Position numbers and translations under genes: made by a program. A stretch of DNA of 30,807 bases from Coleofasciculus chthonoplastes F2-STO-03 (GTDB lineage Bacteria > Cyanobacteriota > Cyanobacteriia > Cyanobacteriales > Coleofasciculaceae): the NCBI GenBank assembly GCA_040222015.1, contig JAVJWO010000073.1:1-30807 (forward strand), given 5' to 3'. Positions within the stretch are counted from its first letter, which is position 1. Each line of letters starts with the position of its first letter. Under the pieces are notes generated by a model. That model had not been told where the DNA came from and searched no databases. It saw only the letters and a list, made by a program, of their open reading frames with translations. Below are positions 29,186-30,807 of the stretch, one piece after another.

Positions 29186-29971
29186 CTAATCATTAACAAA
29201 ATTAGCAATAACCGGGAAATGATCCGAGGGAAAAATTCCTTGGCATTTCCGATCATCAACGGTCACAGTTTCTCGTTTTACGCGACTATCGTAATAAATC
29301 GTATCAACAGCAGCAAACGGCTGACCTGTAAAGTCATGAAAACTTAACTGTTTTTCTAATTCAATATCGGATAAGGCATCATGGAGAGTCATAGAATTCG
29401 CTGATGACTTGGATAAGATTTCCCGTGGTAAGCTACCGGGTTCAGCATTAAAATCACCTGTAAGGAAAAGATAGGTAGTGTCAGGGTTGCAGTGAATCAT
29501 GCGATCGCGGATCAGTCTTGCCCCCAATTCCCGTGCCTTGGCGCTGTTATAATCTAGATGGGTATTGAAACAGGTGATTGTTTTAGATACCTGCGCTACA
29601 CTAAAGACTGCCCAAGTTGTCATGCGCGGTAAAGGGTTCCCCCAGTTCGGACTAACACTTCCAGCACTATCAGGCGTATCACTTAAGAAAAAATCACCAT
29701 GATCCAAGCATTTGAGACGGTCTTGGTTATAGAAAATCGCACAATGTTCTCCTGTTCCTGTTCCCGTGCGATCGCCCCCAATACTTTGATAATTCGGGAG
29801 ACGGCGATGTAAGTCCAGTAACTGATGGGCTTTGCCTTCCTGTGTGCCAATGATATCTGGATGATACTCCTGAATCAGCGCCGCGATCGCATCACGCCGA
29901 ATCCTCCAATCCTGGTTATCTGGATCAGGCTTATCGTAACGGATATTGAACGTTATGATTCTAATATTCAT
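29186..29971 (-). CDS. Endonuclease/exonuclease/phosphatase (EEP) family protein (alternative start 29992)
   Basis: TFNIRYD, GTQEG, NTHLD, GDFNA, VDTIY, SDHFPV catalytic motifs. Confidence 0.92.
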   Translation of the reverse strand: MNIRIITFNIRYDKPDPDNQDWRIRRDAIAALIQEYHPDIIGTQEGKAHQLLDLHRRLPNYQSIGGDRTGTGTGEHCAIFYNQDRLKCLDHGDFFLSDTPDSAGSVSPNWGNPLPRMTTWAVFSVAQVSKTITCFNTHLDYNSAKARELGARLIRDRMIHCNPDTTYLFLTGDFNAEPGSLPREILSKSSANSMTLHDALSDIELEKQLSFHDFTGQPFAAVDTIYYDSRVKRETVTVDDRKCQGIFPSDHFPVIANFVND

Positions 29972-29999
29972 AGGTGATTCGTCATTCGTCATTTGTCAT

Positions 30000-30025
30000 A
30001 CTCAAGGAAGCCTCAAGCAAGCTAC
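30000..30025. repeat. 26-nt small dispersed insert in an STRR2 unit (copy 2)
   Basis: gtcat[actcaaggaagcctcaagcaagctac]gtcat. Confidence 0.7.
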
Positions 30026-30088
30026 GTCATTTGTTCCCTGTTCTCTATTCCCTTTCCTCATCCCTAGGTTCACAACTCAAATCGAATC

Positions 30089-30142
30089 ATTATATAACAT
30101 TTAGTTAACTTATAGTTAAGGCAAGGTTAAGTAGTTGTTAAT
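30089..30142 (-). promoter_or_regulatory. Pho box (SphR/PhoB) with -10 element upstream of the EEP gene
   Basis: Minus strand: ATTAACAA-cta-CTTAACCT-tgc-CTTAACTA-taa-GTTAACTA (four repeats, exact 11-bp period), then TATAAT at 30094-30089. Confidence 0.72.
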
Positions 30143-30181
30143 ATAATGGAAAATAAGAGATTATGAGACAGGAGATAAGAT

Positions 30182-30457
30182 ATGGCACAGTCCGCATCAT
30201 TCGATTCCGCACAGGTCAGTAAGCAAAACTTTCTTTACCCTAGATGCCGCTACTACGGCAAGTTTACACCAGAGGATCTAGCCTTTAATGCCAACTTGCA
30301 AGAGTTTGCCCAGAAAGTCTCCTATATTTCTGCCCTAGAAACTGGCGGCAAGATTTCCTCTGAACGAGCCTATCAGCAAGTGCAGGATCTCTGGAAGCAG
30401 TTGAAACATAGTAAGGAATCCTTGGGCATTGGTCAATCTACCCCCCCCAAAACCTGA
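30182..30457 (+). CDS. Conserved small cyanobacterial protein (DUF7219-like)
   Basis: FLYPRCRYYGKFTPEDLAFNANLQEFAQKVSYISALETGGKIS; AGGAG RBS; TATAAT at 30142-30147. Confidence 0.85.
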   Translation: MAQSASFDSAQVSKQNFLYPRCRYYGKFTPEDLAFNANLQEFAQKVSYISALETGGKISSERAYQQVQDLWKQLKHSKESLGIGQSTPPKT

Positions 30458-30492
30458 TAGTTTTTGTATAAGACAGTAGTTTGAGCAAAACT

Positions 30493-30675
30493 GTGACACA
30501 CGATGCTAAAATTTTAGTCATTGAAGATGAATAAATTTTGCGTGACATTATCATTAATGTCTTACAGGAAAAAGGATATAAGGCAATTGGGACTGGGGAT
30601 TATCACAGGGGCTTACTCTTAGCCAAAGAGTTAGTCCCTGATTTAATTTTGTGCGATTTTCGGATGCCAAAGTTG
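30493..30675 (+). pseudogene. Response-regulator receiver pseudogene
   Basis: VTHDAKILVIEDE*ILRDIIINVLQEKGY...VPDLILCDFRMPKL; TAA at 30532-30534; truncated by a tandem repeat. Confidence 0.82.
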
Positions 30676-30807
30676 ATTTATCGGTGAGGAGGGCGGGTTT
30701 TGTTGTTGATTTATCGGTGAGGAGGGCGGGTTTTGTTGTTGATTTATCGGTGAGGAGGGCGGGTTTTGTTGTTGATTTATCGGTGAGGAGGGCGGGTTTT
30801 GTTGTTG
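30672..30807. repeat. 33-bp perfect tandem repeat (4 copies plus a partial, runs off the window)
   Basis: Unit GTTGATTTATCGGTGAGGAGGGCGGGTTTTGTT at 30672, 30705, 30738 and 30771; no spacers. Confidence 0.97.

Noticed and set aside
25484..29500. Absence of HIP1 sites as proof of foreign origin of the island
   Set aside because: Similar-sized HIP1 gaps occur in core genes here (about 2800-7030 and 7040-11750).
29186..29992. EEP gene as third component of the ATPase-PIN system
   Set aside because: Convergent orientation, has its own Pho-box promoter and several HIP1 sites, so it looks like host backbone.
30672..30807. 33-bp repeats as a CRISPR array
   Set aside because: Units are directly adjacent with no spacers, and no cas genes are present.

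Overview
Cyanobacterial chromosomal segment: many HIP1 GCGATCGC sites, STRR heptamer arrays and GTAG-type REP hairpins suggest a filamentous Oscillatoriales-like genome (inference). The core genes are the hmp/pil chemotaxis-like motility cluster (patA-type pilG, pilH, pilI, pilJ, divergent hmpF, no cheA in the window), mlaE-DUF3119-DUF3086-plsY, tilS, a KGK-domain protein, ccsA, DUF3352, moeB plus a JAB peptidase, and an EEP phosphatase/nuclease. Two accessory patches interrupt this backbone. The first (about 1320-2950) holds an IS701 remnant, a tnpB 3' end with its right-end hairpin/reRNA, and a broken VWA gene. The second (about 25985-29121) holds MITEs, an AT-rich membrane protein gene, a deleted transposase and an intact, translationally coupled ABC-type ATPase + PIN nuclease pair, the best candidate here for an uncharacterised defence or toxin system. 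Non-coding highlights: the 5' half of an IscB-type omegaRNA (HEARO) at the left edge, a 4-repeat Pho (SphR) box upstream of the EEP gene, a perfect HLR1 (RpaB) site, a highly base-paired hmpF leader and 23-26 nt inserts inside STRRs. All family assignments are from motif recognition by eye; no database search was run.
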